From an uncultured Solirubrobacterales bacterium (lineage in GTDB: Bacteria > Actinomycetota > Thermoleophilia > Solirubrobacterales > Solirubrobacteraceae): a DNA stretch of 64,000 nt. A program made the translations under genes and the position numbers. The notes under the pieces were generated by a model. That model worked only from the letters and a program-made list of their open reading frames with translations. It did no database searches and was not told the DNA's origin. This document shows, one piece after another, positions 18,761 to 28,284 of this stretch (its first letter is position 1; every line of letters begins with the position of its first letter). The stretch spans positions 60,203 through 124,202 of the forward strand of contig CAWGFQ010000007.1 in assembly GCA_963821895.1 (NCBI GenBank), given 5' to 3'.

Positions 18761-21700
18761 GTGATGCTTGGGTTCAGCGGGTTGCTGGTGCGGGTTGGGT
18801 GTGTGGTGGGTGTGGTTGTGGTGTTGGTGTTGGTGGGTGTGTGTGGTGTGGCGGGTGCTGTGGTGCCGGGTCCGGCGTGGTCGGTGCAGTCGGTCGCGGG
18901 GCCGACGAACTTCATCCCGGGCTATGAAGGAGGGGAAGAAGCGGGGCAGAGCTACAAGGTGTTCGTGAGGAATGTCGGCAGCCGCGCGACGGATGGCAGC
19001 CCGGTGAAGATCACCGATACGTTGCCCGAAGCGCAGGGCGTCACGTATGCAGCGAGTACTGGTGTCAAGTTTTGGGATCTGAAGTACAGCGGGCAGGGTG
19101 ATGGTGAAGGGGGCAGCGATCCGGAGATTGTCGATCATGTGGTCCCGCCGGGGGATATCTTGGAGATGCATGTTCCGGTGTATGTGCCTGTGTCTGCGGC
19201 GGAAGGGCCGGTGACGAATACGGTGACGGTCACTGGGGGTGGTGCGCCGCCGGTGACGTTGCGTGTGCAGAACGCGGTCAGTCGTACCCCGGCGCCGTTC
19301 GCGATCCAGGAATTCGCTTTCGGTGTCACGGGTGTGGACGGGACGACCGATACGCAGGCCGGGTCCCACCCGTATGGTCTCAGCGCCTCGCTTGGTTTCG
19401 CTACCGAACGAGCCCAGGGTTACCCCAGCTACGATGAATCGTATGCGCCGTCGCAGGATGCGAAGAATATTGTGACGGATCTGCCGTTGGGTGTCGCGGG
19501 CAGCGCGCTGGCGGCCCCCCGCTGCCCAGTCGCCGACCTGGAAGCGCACAGAGTTTTCGTGCCCACCTCGTTTTATTGTCCGGCAGATACACAGATCGGC
19601 AACATCACACTGCAGACCACCGTCGCCAATGGAGCGACTTCATCGGTAGCTGCTAACGCGTTTCCTTTGTCGCCGGTGTATAATCTGGTGCCCGAACGTG
19701 GTCACCCGGTGGAGTTTGGGTTTGAACTCCATCGTATTGCCAAGGTGCATCTTTTTGCGAGTGTTGTGCATACCGCGGCGGGTTATGTGCTGCGGGTGAC
19801 GTCCCCGGAAAACTCCACCGGGCTCGCGGGCCAGCTAACGAGGGGCAGCGGCCTGGCTGGGTCCACATTGTCGTTGTTCGGCGACCCCGAGGCCGAAGAC
19901 GGTGGTAACACCCAGCCGAACCCCTACGGGGAAGGGCTGAGTTTGCAGAGCGCGGGGAATCTCCCGGTGCCGTCCTACACGAATCCCACCGACTGCTCGG
20001 GGACACCGTTGGTGGCGACCGTGCACGTCGATACGTGGGAGCACCCGGGCGCGGTGGGCGCGGATGGCGAACCCGATTTCAGCGACCCGAACTGGCTTGA
20101 AGCGAAGTCGGAGCTCCCCGCGACGACGGGCTGTGAACTGTTGTCGTTCAGCCCGTCGCTGACGGCGGCCTTAGATACCACTGCGGCGGATTCCCCGACG
20201 GGGTTGACGACGCACCTGTCGATCCCGCAGGCCCCGAACGAAGATTTCGCGCTCGCGACGTCCGATCTGAGGACCGCGACGGTCGCGCTACCGGCTGGCT
20301 TGGCGCTTTCGCCTTCCGCGGCGGATGGTCTGCAGGCGTGCAGCGATGCGCAGTGGGCGGAGGAATCCGAGCAGCCCGCCGGGTGTCCGGAAGCGTCGCA
20401 GGTCGGGACCGTCGTGGCGCACACCCCGGTGCTGGGTGAACCCCTGGAAGGCCAGGTGTTCCTCGGGACCCCCAACTGTTCGCCGTGCAGCCTGGCGGAT
20501 GCGCAGAACGGCAACCTCGTGCGCCTCTTCATGCAGCTGCGTGCCCCCAACTCGGGCATCGTGCTGAAGATCCCCGGCACGACGACGGTGGACCCCACGA
20601 CGGGTGCGCTTACGACGTCGTTCCCCGAATCCCCGCAACAGCCCTTCGGGGATTTGACGCTGACGCTGAAGGGCGGCCCCAGGGCGCCGCTTGCGACGCC
20701 GCAGTCGTGTGGGACGTTCACGACAAACAGCACGCTGACGCCATGGTCCGCACCCGAGTCGGGGCCACCTGCGCTGTCGCCGAGCTCGTTTGAAATCGGC
20801 AGTAATTGTAACCCCGGGTTCTCCCCCGCGGCGACGTCGGGCACCGTGAATAACCAGGCGGGTGCGTTCAGCCCGTTTGTCCTCACGGCCTCTCGTACCG
20901 ATGGGGAACAGGACCTGAGCCGTGTCAGCGCGACGACGCCCCCGGGGCTGCTGGCGATCTTGAAGGGTGTGGAACGCTGCCCCGAACCACAGGCCAGCCA
21001 GGGCACCTGTGGCTCGAACAGCCTGATCGGCCATGCGAGTGCGCTCACGGGTGCGGGTTCGCACCCGTTCTACGCGCAGGGTGGCCAGGTGTTCCTCACG
21101 GGCCCGTACAAAGGCGCGCCGTTTGGCCTCAGCGTCGTGGTGCCCGCGGTCGCGGGCCCCTTCAACCTGGGGAACATCGTGGTGCGTGCCGCGATCAGTG
21201 TCGATCCGCACACGGCGCAGATCACGGTCGTGAGCGACCCATTGCCCTCGATGGTGGATGGCATTCCGTTGCAGGTCAAAACGGTGAACGTCGCGATTGA
21301 CCGGCAGAACTTCATGTTCAACCCCACCAACTGCGAACCCCTCGCGGTCGGCGGGACCCTCACGAGCACCCAGGGCGCCACGGCGAGCGTCTCAAGCCAC
21401 TTCCAGGCCGCGAACTGCGCGGCCCTGCCGTTCAAGCCCGTGTTCAACGTCTCGACGCAGGCGAAGAGCAGCAAGCAGAACGGCGCGAGCCTCACCGTCA
21501 AAGGCACCTTCCCCGCGGGCGAGGCAAACATCCACAGCGTCGCGGTCGTGCTGCCCAAGCAGCTCCCCGCAAGGCTCACGACGATCCAGCAGGCGTGCCC
21601 CGAAGCGACGTTCGCGGCGAACCCGGCGTCGTGTCCGGCGGGCTCTGACATCGGCATCGCCACCGCCACCACGCCGATCCTCGCCACCCCCGTCTCGGGC

Positions 21701-22078
21701 CCGGCGTATCTGGTGTCCCACGGCGGCGCGGCATTCCCGGATGTCGTCGCGATCCTCCAGGCCGAAGGCGTCACCGTCGATCTGGTGGGCAGCATCAACA
21801 TCAAGAAGGGCATCACGAGCAGCGACTTCGGCACCGTGCCGGACGCGCCGATCAGCAGCTTCCAGCTGACGCTCCCCGAGGGCCCCCACAGCGGGCTGAC
21901 GGCGGTGCTCCCCGCGAGCGCGAAGGGCAGCCTCTGCGGCACCAGCCTCACGATGCCGTTCACCATCACCGGGCAGAACGGCGCGCAGGTCAAGCAGAAC
22001 GAGAAGATCGCCGTCACCGGCTGCGCCGCCCCGAAGAAGAAGGCGAAGGCCAAACACCACACCAAGAAGAAGAAGTGA
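18761..22078 (+). CDS. Large secreted protein (1105 aa): DUF11-like Ig domain plus four Cys-containing repeats and a Lys-rich tail
   Basis: Signal peptide, YKVFVRNVG...ITDTLP, repeats CPADTQIG / CPEASQVG / CGSNSLIG / CPAGSDIG, and the end KKKAKAKHHTKKKK. GTGA-coupled to the propeller gene and paralogous to 32701-36054. Confidence 0.85.
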   Translation: MMLGFSGLLVRVGCVVGVVVVLVLVGVCGVAGAVVPGPAWSVQSVAGPTNFIPGYEGGEEAGQSYKVFVRNVGSRATDGSPVKITDTLPEAQGVTYAASTGVKFWDLKYSGQGDGEGGSDPEIVDHVVPPGDILEMHVPVYVPVSAAEGPVTNTVTVTGGGAPPVTLRVQNAVSRTPAPFAIQEFAFGVTGVDGTTDTQAGSHPYGLSASLGFATERAQGYPSYDESYAPSQDAKNIVTDLPLGVAGSALAAPRCPVADLEAHRVFVPTSFYCPADTQIGNITLQTTVANGATSSVAANAFPLSPVYNLVPERGHPVEFGFELHRIAKVHLFASVVHTAAGYVLRVTSPENSTGLAGQLTRGSGLAGSTLSLFGDPEAEDGGNTQPNPYGEGLSLQSAGNLPVPSYTNPTDCSGTPLVATVHVDTWEHPGAVGADGEPDFSDPNWLEAKSELPATTGCELLSFSPSLTAALDTTAADSPTGLTTHLSIPQAPNEDFALATSDLRTATVALPAGLALSPSAADGLQACSDAQWAEESEQPAGCPEASQVGTVVAHTPVLGEPLEGQVFLGTPNCSPCSLADAQNGNLVRLFMQLRAPNSGIVLKIPGTTTVDPTTGALTTSFPESPQQPFGDLTLTLKGGPRAPLATPQSCGTFTTNSTLTPWSAPESGPPALSPSSFEIGSNCNPGFSPAATSGTVNNQAGAFSPFVLTASRTDGEQDLSRVSATTPPGLLAILKGVERCPEPQASQGTCGSNSLIGHASALTGAGSHPFYAQGGQVFLTGPYKGAPFGLSVVVPAVAGPFNLGNIVVRAAISVDPHTAQITVVSDPLPSMVDGIPLQVKTVNVAIDRQNFMFNPTNCEPLAVGGTLTSTQGATASVSSHFQAANCAALPFKPVFNVSTQAKSSKQNGASLTVKGTFPAGEANIHSVAVVLPKQLPARLTTIQQACPEATFAANPASCPAGSDIGIATATTPILATPVSGPAYLVSHGGAAFPDVVAILQAEGVTVDLVGSINIKKGITSSDFGTVPDAPISSFQLTLPEGPHSGLTAVLPASAKGSLCGTSLTMPFTITGQNGAQVKQNEKIAVTGCAAPKKKAKAKHHTKKKK

Positions 22079-23157
22079 TGGCGGCGGCGGCGATGAGCAC
22101 CTCTCGCAGTGGTCGAGGTAGGGCGAGCGAGCGCTCCACGCCGCCGCGAAAGGCCTCGCGTTCCGGTGGGGCCGCTGTGGATGCGGGCCGGGGCCGCGTC
22201 TCCGCGATCCAGCGCACGCGGATGCTCAACGCGATGGTCGAGGTCGCGGCAGAGCGCGGGGCGCCACGCGCGTCGGTTGCGCACATCGTGGACCGCGCCG
22301 GCATCTCCAGGCGCACGTTCTACGAACACTTCGAGGATCGCGAGGACTGTTTCCTGGCGGCGTTCGACTACGCCCTGGCGCAGGCGTCCCACGTGGTGCT
22401 CCCTGCGTATCGCGTCGAGGGCGCGTGGCGGGAGCGAGTCCGCTCAGGCTTGGCGGCGCTGCTGGCGTTTTTTGACGAGCAGCCCGGGCTCGGCGCATTG
22501 TTGGTGATCGATGCCTTGGGTGCGGGACCCAAGGCGCTTGCGCGGCGCGGGGATCTGGTCGATGCGCTGATCGCCGTCGTCGATGAGGGGCGCCTTGGGG
22601 GTAAGGCTGCGCAGGAGCCGCCGCCACTAGCCGCGGACGGGGTGGTGGGCGCCGTGTTCAATGTGGTTCATGCGCGCATGCTCGTACGCCGCGCCGGCGG
22701 AGGGGGCGGAGGGCCCCTGCTCGCCTTGGTGAACCCTTTCATGAGCATGATCGTCATGCCCTACCAGGGCACCGCCGCCGCGCGTCGTGAGCTGGAGCGC
22801 CCCGCCCCCGCGCCGCGGGCGGTCAAGCGCCCGGCCGCCGACCCCCTGCGCGATCTGGATATGCGCCTCACCTACCGCACGGTGCGCGTGCTCGTGGCAA
22901 TAGCCGCCGCGCCTGGCGCCTCCAACCGGGGTATCGCCGAGGCTGCCGGCGTGTCTGACCAGGGCCAGATCTCCAAGCTGCTCGCGCGCCTGCAGCACCT
23001 CGGCCTGATCACGAACATGGGCGAGGGCCCGGCGAAGGGCGAGCCCAACTCCTGGACGCTCACCGACACCGGCCGAGACGTCGAGCAGGCCATCGCCGCC
23101 GAGACCAGCGCCGCGGGGGTGACGGCTCAGGACAGCAGTTCCAGCGCCGCAGGGTGA
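22078..23157 (+). CDS. TetR/AcrR-family regulator with an extra C-terminal winged-helix domain
   Basis: TetR HTH SVAHIVDRAGISRRTFYEHFEDREDC, and C-terminal RLTYRTVRVL...SNRGIAEAAGVSDQGQISKLLARL..LGLI. Confidence 0.85.
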   Translation: MAAAAMSTSRSGRGRASERSTPPRKASRSGGAAVDAGRGRVSAIQRTRMLNAMVEVAAERGAPRASVAHIVDRAGISRRTFYEHFEDREDCFLAAFDYALAQASHVVLPAYRVEGAWRERVRSGLAALLAFFDEQPGLGALLVIDALGAGPKALARRGDLVDALIAVVDEGRLGGKAAQEPPPLAADGVVGAVFNVVHARMLVRRAGGGGGGPLLALVNPFMSMIVMPYQGTAAARRELERPAPAPRAVKRPAADPLRDLDMRLTYRTVRVLVAIAAAPGASNRGIAEAAGVSDQGQISKLLARLQHLGLITNMGEGPAKGEPNSWTLTDTGRDVEQAIAAETSAAGVTAQDSSSSAAG

Positions 23158-23219
23158 CGGCTCAGGGCAGCAGTTCCAGTGCCGCAGGGTGACGGCTCAG
23201 GGCAGCAGTTCCAGTGCCG
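23105..23219. repeat. 35-bp tandem repeat (~3.3 copies) containing the 3' end of the PIN gene
   Basis: GACGGCTCAG recurs at 23121, 23156 and 23191. The unit is GGGTGACGGCTCAGGGCAGCAGTTCCAGTGCCGCA. Confidence 0.92.
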
Positions 23220-23604
23220 AGCAGTGTTTGGGGCGCACAGCGCGGAAGTGACGGTGGTCGAGTGTGATCACGTATGGCGTCTGCACACGCTCGGCGAGCG
23301 CGATCACCGAGGCGTCCGCGGCGCCGAGCGGGAAGTCCGCGTAGTCAAGGATCAGCTCAGACATGCGTGCCCACTCGCTCGGAGGCGGGGCATCGACATC
23401 CAGCTCCGCGAGCCCCGCGATGAATTGGGCCTCCACGTCGGCTCCCAGGCGGGTGCTTGCGAGATAGCTCACCTCGGCGACAACCAACATGGGGATGACG
23501 AGACGCAGGCCTTCGCGGTCCATCGCCTCGACTGAGGCTGCGTGATCGTCGTCGTCGCGGTCGAGCGTCGCGTAGAGGGGGCCGCTGTCAACGACCGCCA
23601 GCAT
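23197..23604 (-). CDS. vapC: PIN-domain (VapC-like) toxin
   Basis: VVDSGPLYA, VVAEV, LGAADASVIALAER and TLDHRHF acidic PIN motifs. Confidence 0.88.
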   Translation of the reverse strand: MLAVVDSGPLYATLDRDDDDHAASVEAMDREGLRLVIPMLVVAEVSYLASTRLGADVEAQFIAGLAELDVDAPPPSEWARMSELILDYADFPLGAADASVIALAERVQTPYVITLDHRHFRAVRPKHCSALELLP

Positions 23605-23824
23605 CGCCCCACTCGCGCGCGAGTATCTCCTCGACGCGCCGCGCCGTATCGTGCCGGCCGCTGTGACCGATGCCGACGAAGGGGAGCCGGCTCTTGGCAG
23701 GCGCGTGCAGATGCTCGCGCAGGGCGTCCCGCGCGACCTCCGAGGCGGAGACACGGCGTCGTTCTGCCTCGCGGGCCATGTCGCGCGCCAAATCGTCGGG
23801 TAGGCTGATCGTCGCCCGCTTCAT
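23588..23824 (-). CDS. CopG/RHH antitoxin (VapB-like)
   Basis: MKRATISLPDDL...EAERRRVSASEVARDAL. Overlaps the toxin start, and has a leaderless TATGAT -10. Confidence 0.85.
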   Translation of the reverse strand: MKRATISLPDDLARDMAREAERRRVSASEVARDALREHLHAPAKSRLPFVGIGHSGRHDTARRVEEILAREWGDAGGR

Positions 23825-23908
23825 ACGTGCATCATATCATCGCATAAACACAGCTTTTGGCCCAGCCGCAGCAGTACCCCATGCTGCCCCCAGCACTCTC
23901 AACGACGC

Positions 23909-24289
23909 TCAGACCGGCCATGCGGCGTCGCCGGTCACGGCGCCCTTGACGACCTTCAGGTTCAACAGCGCGCACTTGCGCCGCGTGGCGGAGACGGGGA
24001 TGCCGAGCAGCTCGATCATCCAGTCGGCGCCGAGCGTCCCGACCTCGTCGAGCGTCATGCCCTCCAGCTCCTCGCTGGCGATCGAGGCGGCCGCTTGCGA
24101 GATGGCGCAGCCGTGCCCATGGAAGCGTAGGGCCGCGATCTTGCCGTCCTGCACGCGGATGTGCACCCCCAGCTCGTCGCCGCAGAGCGGGTTGTGCTCC
24201 AGCGCCTCCAGGTCGTGGGGCTCCAACTCGCCGAAGTTGCGCGGGCGCTTGTAGTGGTCGAGGATGTAGTCGCGGTAGAGGTCGTCCAT
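23909..24289 (-). CDS. sufU: SufU/IscU-type scaffold or sulfur-transfer protein
   Basis: LYRDYILDHY, NPLCGD, GCAISQA and RRKCALL. Confidence 0.93.
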   Translation of the reverse strand: MDDLYRDYILDHYKRPRNFGELEPHDLEALEHNPLCGDELGVHIRVQDGKIAALRFHGHGCAISQAAASIASEELEGMTLDEVGTLGADWMIELLGIPVSATRRKCALLNLKVVKGAVTGDAAWPV

Positions 24290-24304
24290 GGGAAGAGAAG
24301 GTCG

Positions 24305-25564
24305 CTAGGCCGGGGATTTCGCGGTCGGCGCGGCCAGGCCGAAGATCTCGCGGCCGGCCAGCAGGGACGCCACCAGCGCGTCGATGTCCGCGGGCGTGTT
24401 GTAGATCCCCACGCTGGCGCGAGCCGTGGCGCTCATCCCCAGCCGCCGCATCAAGGGCTGCGCGCAGTGGTGCCCCGCGCGGATGCAAACCCCGCCGCGG
24501 TCCGCCAGCTCGGCGATGTCGTGCGGGTGCATCCCGTCGATTGCGAACGACGCCAGCCCGCCGCGCGCTGCTGCGTCGGAGGGTCCCACGACCGTCAGGC
24601 CGGGGACATCGTTCAGACGGTCGAGCATGTACCCCGTCAGCTCGCGCTCATGTGCCCGCACGCGCTCCATGCCGAGCCCAGCCAGGTAGTCCACGGCAGC
24701 CCCCAACCCCACCAGCTCCGCCACGGGCGGCGTCCCCGCCTCGAACTTGTACGGCAGCTCGTTCCACTCCGCGCTCTGAAAGTCCACCGCCGCGATCATG
24801 TCGCCCCCCGTCAGGAACGGAGGCATGTCTTCGAGCAGCGTCCGGTTGCCGTGCAGGATGCCTACCCCTGTCGGCCCGAGCGCCTTGTGTCCCGTCCACA
24901 CGTAGAAGTCGGCGCCGACCGCATTCACATCGACGGGCATGTGCGGGACGGCCTGGGCGCCGTCCACCAGTGTGACCGCCCCGGCAGCGCGAGCCGAGGC
25001 GACCATCTCCGTCACGGGGTTGATCGTGCCCAGCACGTTCGAGACGTGTGTGACAGCGAGGAGTTTCACATCGCCGCGTTCCAGCTCACGGTTGAGCTGT
25101 CCGGGATCGAGCAGTCCGTGCTCGTCCACCTCCAAGTAGCGCAGCTGCGCGCTCCGCTCGCGGCACAACACCTGCCAGGGCACGATGTTCGCGTGGTGCT
25201 CCATCGTGGTGATCAGCACCGCGTCGCCGGGGTGAACGTTGGTCCGCCCCCAGGCGTAGGCCACGAGGTTGATCGCCTCCGTCACGTTCTTCGTCACCAC
25301 GGTCGTTTTTACCTCCGCCCCGGTGAAAGTGGCCACCCGCGCCCGTGCCCCCTCATACGCCGCGTCCGCCTCCTGCGCCAGCGCATACACCCCGCGGTGC
25401 ACGTTCGCGTTGTGTCTTTCCAGGTGGGAGGAAATCGCGTCGATCACTACCCGCGGCTTCTGGCTCGTCGCGGCCGAGTCGAGATAGATCAGATCGCGCT
25501 CCAGGAGCGGGAAGTCGCCCTTGACACCCAGGTCAACGGCAGTCATCGTGCCCTCAGCGGTCAT
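24305..25564 (-). CDS. sufS: Cysteine desulfurase SufS
   Basis: YLDSAATSQKP, EHHANIVPW, TGHK (PLP lysine), EAGTP and RAGHHCAQP. Confidence 0.96.
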   Translation of the reverse strand: MTAEGTMTAVDLGVKGDFPLLERDLIYLDSAATSQKPRVVIDAISSHLERHNANVHRGVYALAQEADAAYEGARARVATFTGAEVKTTVVTKNVTEAINLVAYAWGRTNVHPGDAVLITTMEHHANIVPWQVLCRERSAQLRYLEVDEHGLLDPGQLNRELERGDVKLLAVTHVSNVLGTINPVTEMVASARAAGAVTLVDGAQAVPHMPVDVNAVGADFYVWTGHKALGPTGVGILHGNRTLLEDMPPFLTGGDMIAAVDFQSAEWNELPYKFEAGTPPVAELVGLGAAVDYLAGLGMERVRAHERELTGYMLDRLNDVPGLTVVGPSDAAARGGLASFAIDGMHPHDIAELADRGGVCIRAGHHCAQPLMRRLGMSATARASVGIYNTPADIDALVASLLAGREIFGLAAPTAKSPA

Positions 25565-25619
25565 TATTCACCTGCCGCCTTTTCGCCACAACGCGGCCCC
25601 CACAAATCCAAAAAAATCT

Positions 25620-27026
25620 CTACCGTGTCTGCGCATACTCGCGGATGTCCTCGCTGGCGCGTGCCAGCTTCGCGGCCACCTTGGCGCGGACGACCTCTTC
25701 CAGCGGCTCGTCCTCCAGCTCCGAGATCAGCGGCTCGAAGAAGCCATCGACGATCACCCGCACCGCGCTAGCCCGGTCCAGGCCCCGCGTCTGCATGTAA
25801 TAAATGGCGTCCTCGTCCAGCTCGCCCACGGTCCCCCCGTGGCTGGCGGACACGTCGTCCGCGCTCACCAAGACGGAGGGAATCGCGTCGATGCGGGCCT
25901 TCGGCGAGAGCATCATCGTGTGAATCTGCAGGTACGTGTGCGTGCGCTGCGCCCCCGGGTTAATCTGAATCAGCCCCTCGCAGCTGGCGCGGCTTTCACC
26001 CGTCGCCGCGCCGCGCCAGTGCACGTCGCCGCCGCTCGGCCCCGTCTCGTGCAGGTCCACCGCGAACACGTCCAGCAGCTCGTTGCCCTCCGCGAAGAAC
26101 AACCCGCGGAAGGCCATGTCGCCCCCGGGCTCGGCGATCGCCAGCTCCAGGTGCTCGCGCACCACCCTGCCGCCCAGCAGGGCAGGCAGCCAGTGGCAGT
26201 ATGCGTCGCGGCCGATCTGCACGACGCGCGTCGATGCGTCGTAGACCTCGCCGCTGCCCCAGTCGTGCAGGTGTGCAAGGCGGCAACGCGCGCCGTCATT
26301 CAGGTACAGCTCGAAGGCGCCGCAGTGCAGAGACTGTCCCTCCTCGAAATCGGCGGCCAGGCCGTATTCGTGCACCTTGAAGTCGCTGTTCGCGTCGCCG
26401 ATTATCAGCGTGCGCGCATACTGGCTCACGCCCGCGCCGTCGATTGCGTAGACGATCTCGAACGGGTCCTGGATGGTGAGGCCGGGGGGGATGTACAGAA
26501 ACGCCCCGCCCGTCCAGAGCGCCGCGTTTGCGGCCTCCAGCTTGTTGCGGTCGCTGGTGAGTCGCTTTGCGTACCAGTCGGTGAACAGCGCGGTGTGTTT
26601 TTCCGCGGCCTCCTCAAGCGAGCAAAGCAGCACGCCCTGCGCCTCAAGCTCCGGCTGCAATTCCACCGAAACGACGCTGCCGTCGCGCTGCACGATCCGC
26701 CCGCCGCGCGCCCGCTCGGGCAGGCCGCTCAGCGCCTCGCCGACATCGCCCGTGGCGTGCTTGCGGGCCTCGAGGTTCTCCAGCTCCAGCTCCCGCAGAT
26801 TGGTGGTCCAGAACCCGCTGCGCCGCCAGGCCGGCAGCTCCTCGCGCTTGTACACCGCCAATGCGTCTGCGCGCAGCTGCGCAAGCGTGCGCCCGTTCCC
26901 GCCCGCGCCCTCGCCCGCCAGGGCGCGATACAACGTCGTCTCGCGGTGCCTCCCCGCCTTCGTGGCCACTGCCGCGTTGCCCCCGTTCTCAGACACGCGC
27001 GGAGAACTCCTGCCGGATCTCGTCAT
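25620..27026 (-). CDS. sufD: Fe-S cluster assembly protein SufD
   Basis: SufBD fold ending DDVSASHGGTVG...YYMQTRG, located between sufC and sufS. Confidence 0.9.
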   Translation of the reverse strand: MTRSGRSSPRVSENGGNAAVATKAGRHRETTLYRALAGEGAGGNGRTLAQLRADALAVYKREELPAWRRSGFWTTNLRELELENLEARKHATGDVGEALSGLPERARGGRIVQRDGSVVSVELQPELEAQGVLLCSLEEAAEKHTALFTDWYAKRLTSDRNKLEAANAALWTGGAFLYIPPGLTIQDPFEIVYAIDGAGVSQYARTLIIGDANSDFKVHEYGLAADFEEGQSLHCGAFELYLNDGARCRLAHLHDWGSGEVYDASTRVVQIGRDAYCHWLPALLGGRVVREHLELAIAEPGGDMAFRGLFFAEGNELLDVFAVDLHETGPSGGDVHWRGAATGESRASCEGLIQINPGAQRTHTYLQIHTMMLSPKARIDAIPSVLVSADDVSASHGGTVGELDEDAIYYMQTRGLDRASAVRVIVDGFFEPLISELEDEPLEEVVRAKVAAKLARASEDIREYAQTR

Positions 27027-27744
27027 AGCCCTCGCGCTCCAGGCGCTTTACGAGCTCGCCGCCGCCCTCCAGCACGATGCGCCCGTCGAGCATGATGTGC
27101 ACGAACTCCGGCTCGATGTAATCGAGAATGCGCTGATAGTGGGTGATGATCAGCGCCCCCAGTCCCTGCTCTTTGTGCAGCTTCGCCACGCCCTCCGCCA
27201 CCGTGCGCAAAGCGTCGATATCGAGGCCCGAGTCGGTCTCGTCGAGAATCGCGATGTCGGGCGCGAGCATCGCCATCTGCAATATCTCCGCGCGCTTCTT
27301 CTCACCGCCGCTGAAGCCGTCGTTCAGGTGCCTGGAGGTGAAAGCTCGATCGACGTCGAGCAGCTCGATCGCGTGCTGCAGCTGCACGCCGAACTCCTTC
27401 ACCTTGATCGGCTCCGCGCGCTTGGCGTTAATCGCCATGCGCAGGAAGTTCGCCACCGACACCCCCGGAATCGACACGGGGTACTGAAACGCCAGGAACA
27501 GCCCGGCCTTCGCGCGCTCGTGCGGCTCGGCCTCGGTTATATCTTCTCCTTTGAAGACGACCTTCCCCTCCGTCACCTCGTACGCCGGGTGCCCCAGGAG
27601 GGTGTTCGCCAGCGTGCTCTTGCCCGAGCCGTTGGGTCCCATCAGCGCGTGGATCTCGCCCTTGTCGATGCTCAGGTTCACCCCCCGCAGGATCTCGCGG
27701 TCCTCGATGCGCACGTGCAGGTCTGTGATCTCAAGCTCAGCCAT
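26989..27744 (-). CDS. sufC: Fe-S cluster assembly ATPase SufC
   Basis: GPNGSGKST, FLAFQYP, FSGGEKKR, LDETDSGLD and ITHY. Confidence 0.97.
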   Translation of the reverse strand: MAELEITDLHVRIEDREILRGVNLSIDKGEIHALMGPNGSGKSTLANTLLGHPAYEVTEGKVVFKGEDITEAEPHERAKAGLFLAFQYPVSIPGVSVANFLRMAINAKRAEPIKVKEFGVQLQHAIELLDVDRAFTSRHLNDGFSGGEKKRAEILQMAMLAPDIAILDETDSGLDIDALRTVAEGVAKLHKEQGLGALIITHYQRILDYIEPEFVHIMLDGRIVLEGGGELVKRLEREGYDEIRQEFSARV

Positions 27745-27753
27745 GTCGGTCTC

Positions 27754-28284
27754 TCAGGCTCCAGTCGTCAGGGGTTCGGGTTTCAGGGTTCGTCCGTTGG
27801 GCGTCGGCGCGGGTGCCGGTGCCGGCGTTGCCAGCAGGTCCGCCAGCGTCGTCTGCATCAGGGTGCTCACGATCGAGCCGCGCACGCGCGTCCAAAGCAG
27901 CTTCGTCGGGCACACGTGGGAGGGATCGCTCTCGCGCGAGCACACGACCTCGCCGTCGGCGCCGAGGGAGATGCACTCGATCGGCGCGATCGAGCCCTCC
28001 AGCGCCTCCACCACCTCGGCCATCGTGATCTCCGTTGCGGGACGCGCGAGCATGTAGCCGCCGCGCGCGCCCCGGCGGCTGTCGATCAGCCCCGCCTTGC
28101 GCAGGCGCGCCACCAGGTGCTCCAGGTAGGCCAAAGGCAGCCCGTCGCGCTCGGCTATCTCCGCGAGCGGGACAACGGCGTCGAGGCCGCCGCGTGCCCC
28201 CTGGGTATCGTCGGCCGTGCTTGCACGGCGCGCCAGCGCCACCATCACGCGCACGCCGTACTCGGCCTTGGTTGAGAACATCAT
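27754..28284 (-). CDS. Rrf2/IscR-like Fe-S-sensing regulator
   Basis: MMFSTKAEYGVR, YLEHLVARL, SRRGARGGY and three Cys (CISL...VVC...HVCP). Lies at the head of the suf operon. Confidence 0.9.
   Translation of the reverse strand: MMFSTKAEYGVRVMVALARRASTADDTQGARGGLDAVVPLAEIAERDGLPLAYLEHLVARLRKAGLIDSRRGARGGYMLARPATEITMAEVVEALEGSIAPIECISLGADGEVVCSRESDPSHVCPTKLLWTRVRGSIVSTLMQTTLADLLATPAPAPAPTPNGRTLKPEPLTTGA

Noticed and set aside
23105..23219. 35-bp repeats as a possible CRISPR array
   Set aside because: The units are head-to-tail with no unique spacers, no cas genes are present, and the unit is the PIN gene's 3' end.
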